Part shown: in pieces, positions 57,434-58,677 of the stretch | Layout: each line of letters begins with the position of its first letter | How positions within the stretch are numbered: position 1 is the stretch's first letter | Virus record (IMG/VR): IMGVR_UViG_3300046817_000092 | Location: 1 to 58,677 of that record | Direction: 5' to 3' (one strand) | Source: a virus | Taxonomy: Duplodnaviria; Caudoviricetes | Length of the DNA stretch: 58,677 nucleotides | Program-made: the position numbers and the translations under genes | The notes under the pieces: model-generated | What the model saw: only the letters and a program-made list of their open reading frames with translations | Databases searched by the model: none | Told to the model about the DNA's origin: nothing

Positions 57434-58677
57434 TTAACCTGTGACGACTGGCTTCTTAGTCTTATACGCCTGATACAGCTCAGGATACTTCTCCGCTGCC
57501 TGAGCCATAGCAGCATTAAGATCGAGCTTATCATCTTCCTGAATCTTGAACACGATATCACTAAACTGCTTACGTGCATCCGAAAAGTCCTTGGGTGCAG
57601 TCCGATTAACCTCATCATCAACATCAACGGTGCGCTCACTACCATGCACACCATAATCAACGATGCCATCATCGGTGATAGAATCAAGAACACCCTTGAA
57701 TCCCTCAAGAGTAGCCTTACCATCACTGAACGCCTTAACCTCATCACGAATCTTGTCGAGGACGAGGGCACTAAAACCAAGACCAGTCGGAGTAGAAACA
57801 ACCTCGTCACTACCCTCAGTCTTAGACTTACGAACAACACGAGCAGTAGCAAGATTATCACTGAACTGCTTTGCGAAGTTCTCGCGCTCACTAATACGGA
57901 GACGCTCCAACTCAGCAGCCTGCTCAGGATAAATATCGCTGAATGCCTTGCGCTCGCTATGCTCCTTCTTAAGCTCACGAAGCGGGCCAACCTCATCATT
58001 GATACCCGCGATGTGTGCCATTAAATCAACATCATCACCCAGGCCCAACTTCTCACGGAGAGCCTTCTGGAACTCTGCATCATCCACTACTTGTTCACCA
58101 CCTTTATGTACGTTACCAGGATCAATTAACTTGTCGTATTCTTCCTTAGTAATGGTAACATCACCATCCTCAATACCGTGTTCCATCACGATCTCAGAAA
58201 AGTTAATAGGACTCATACCACGAACATACGGCCTATTAGTAAGAGAGGGATTCTCGGGTACAAACTCATGAGTTTCCTGAGTCTGAGGATTGGTCCAACT
58301 GTCGTAGTGAGAGTTGGACATATAACGCCATTCGCCATTATCAATCTCAGTCTTAGCAACTTCATTGAACTCCACTAACCCGTACAATCCATCCTCGCGG
58401 GCTTCCTGCTTGACAACAACGCCAGCAGCTTTACCGCCCTTTGCCTTGTCAAGACCGTGATCGTATTCAACCACTAACTCACGTCCGACAACCTTGTCGT
58501 CAAAGTTCTTGACGAGCTTATCGGCAACAACCTTGTCAATGGTAGTATCGCTAAAGAGTGGGTGAGTCCACGAACCATACGGATATAACTGAACCCACTT
58601 ACGATTCCCGTCCACCCATTCGGTGTCAGAGAACTCTTTAGCGATATCATGCAAATAACCTTTAAGAGACTGTTCAT
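57434..58677 (-). CDS. prohead protease/scaffold (Mu gpI-like); true start across the window junction at position 12
   Basis: YDH, KAAG.V, GL...VEF, I..GE.RY.S, LTNRP motifs; joined frame reads MDEQSLKGYLHDIAKEF. Confidence 0.85.
   Translation of the reverse strand, partial: EQSLKGYLHDIAKEFSDTEWVDGNRKWVQLYPYGSWTHPLFSDTTIDKVVADKLVKNFDDKVVGRELVVEYDHGLDKAKGGKAAGVVVKQEAREDGLYGLVEFNEVAKTEIDNGEWRYMSNSHYDSWTNPQTQETHEFVPENPSLTNRPYVRGMSPINFSEIVMEHGIEDGDVTITKEEYDKLIDPGNVHKGGEQVVDDAEFQKALREKLGLGDDVDLMAHIAGINDEVGPLRELKKEHSERKAFSDIYPEQAAELERLRISERENFAKQFSDNLATARVVRKSKTEGSDEVVSTPTGLGFSALVLDKIRDEVKAFSDGKATLEGFKGVLDSITDDGIVDYGVHGSERTVDVDDEVNRTAPKDFSDARKQFSDIVFKIQEDDKLDLNAAMAQAAEKYPELYQAYKTKKPVVTG
58670..58677. 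repeat. 8-bp terminal overlap with positions 1-8 (CTGTTCAT)
   Basis: Identical first and last 8 nt; collapsing them restores a reading frame with its RBS. Confidence 0.85.

Noticed and set aside
57292-58378. Long alternative-frame and antisense ORFs over the protease gene (and similar ones over polA, primase, MCP)
   Set aside because: Explained by codon bias of the real genes; Leu/Ser/Arg-rich translations without motifs or RBS.
1-58677. Stop-codon reassignment, inteins or introns in core genes
   Set aside because: TerL, PolA, helicase and primase are uninterrupted at normal lengths under the standard code, and TAA, TAG and TGA all end genes.

Overview
This window is essentially a complete, circularly closed siphovirus-type phage genome. 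The last 8 bases repeat the first 8, and joining them restores the 5' end of the prohead protease/scaffold gene. One arm is on the minus strand: 11083->1, continuing 58677->38496. It carries TerS, a fibre/decoration cassette, TerL, portal, protease, capsid, neck, tail tube, frameshifted tail chaperone, tape measure, baseplate, four receptor-binding-type genes and a lysis cassette with a CHAP endolysin and a GH16 enzyme. The other arm is on the plus strand (11848->38388). It carries many small early genes, NADAR, an Rpf-like transglycosylase, SNF2 helicase, Cas4/RecB-like nuclease, Sak4-like ATPase, SSB, primase-helicase, UDG-fused PolA, RuvC-like resolvase and two tRNAs. No integrase or repressor is visible. 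The Rpf subtype points by inference to an actinobacterial host, possibly Thermoleophilia/Gaiellales. The most unusual signals are: (i) a genome-wide set of long G-U-containing RNA stems that enclose different structured inserts and end just before ribosome-binding sites, including a 700-nt ncRNA cluster and a hairpin array; (ii) a 166-nt tRNA-like RNA with an expanded core; (iii) a FliM-N-like helix at the N-terminus of several early proteins; (iv) two apparent non-canonical start codons (ACG, ATA); (v) a tandem of tail proteins with a shared anchor and exchanged, apparently circularly permuted payloads. All product calls come from motif recognition by eye, not database searches.
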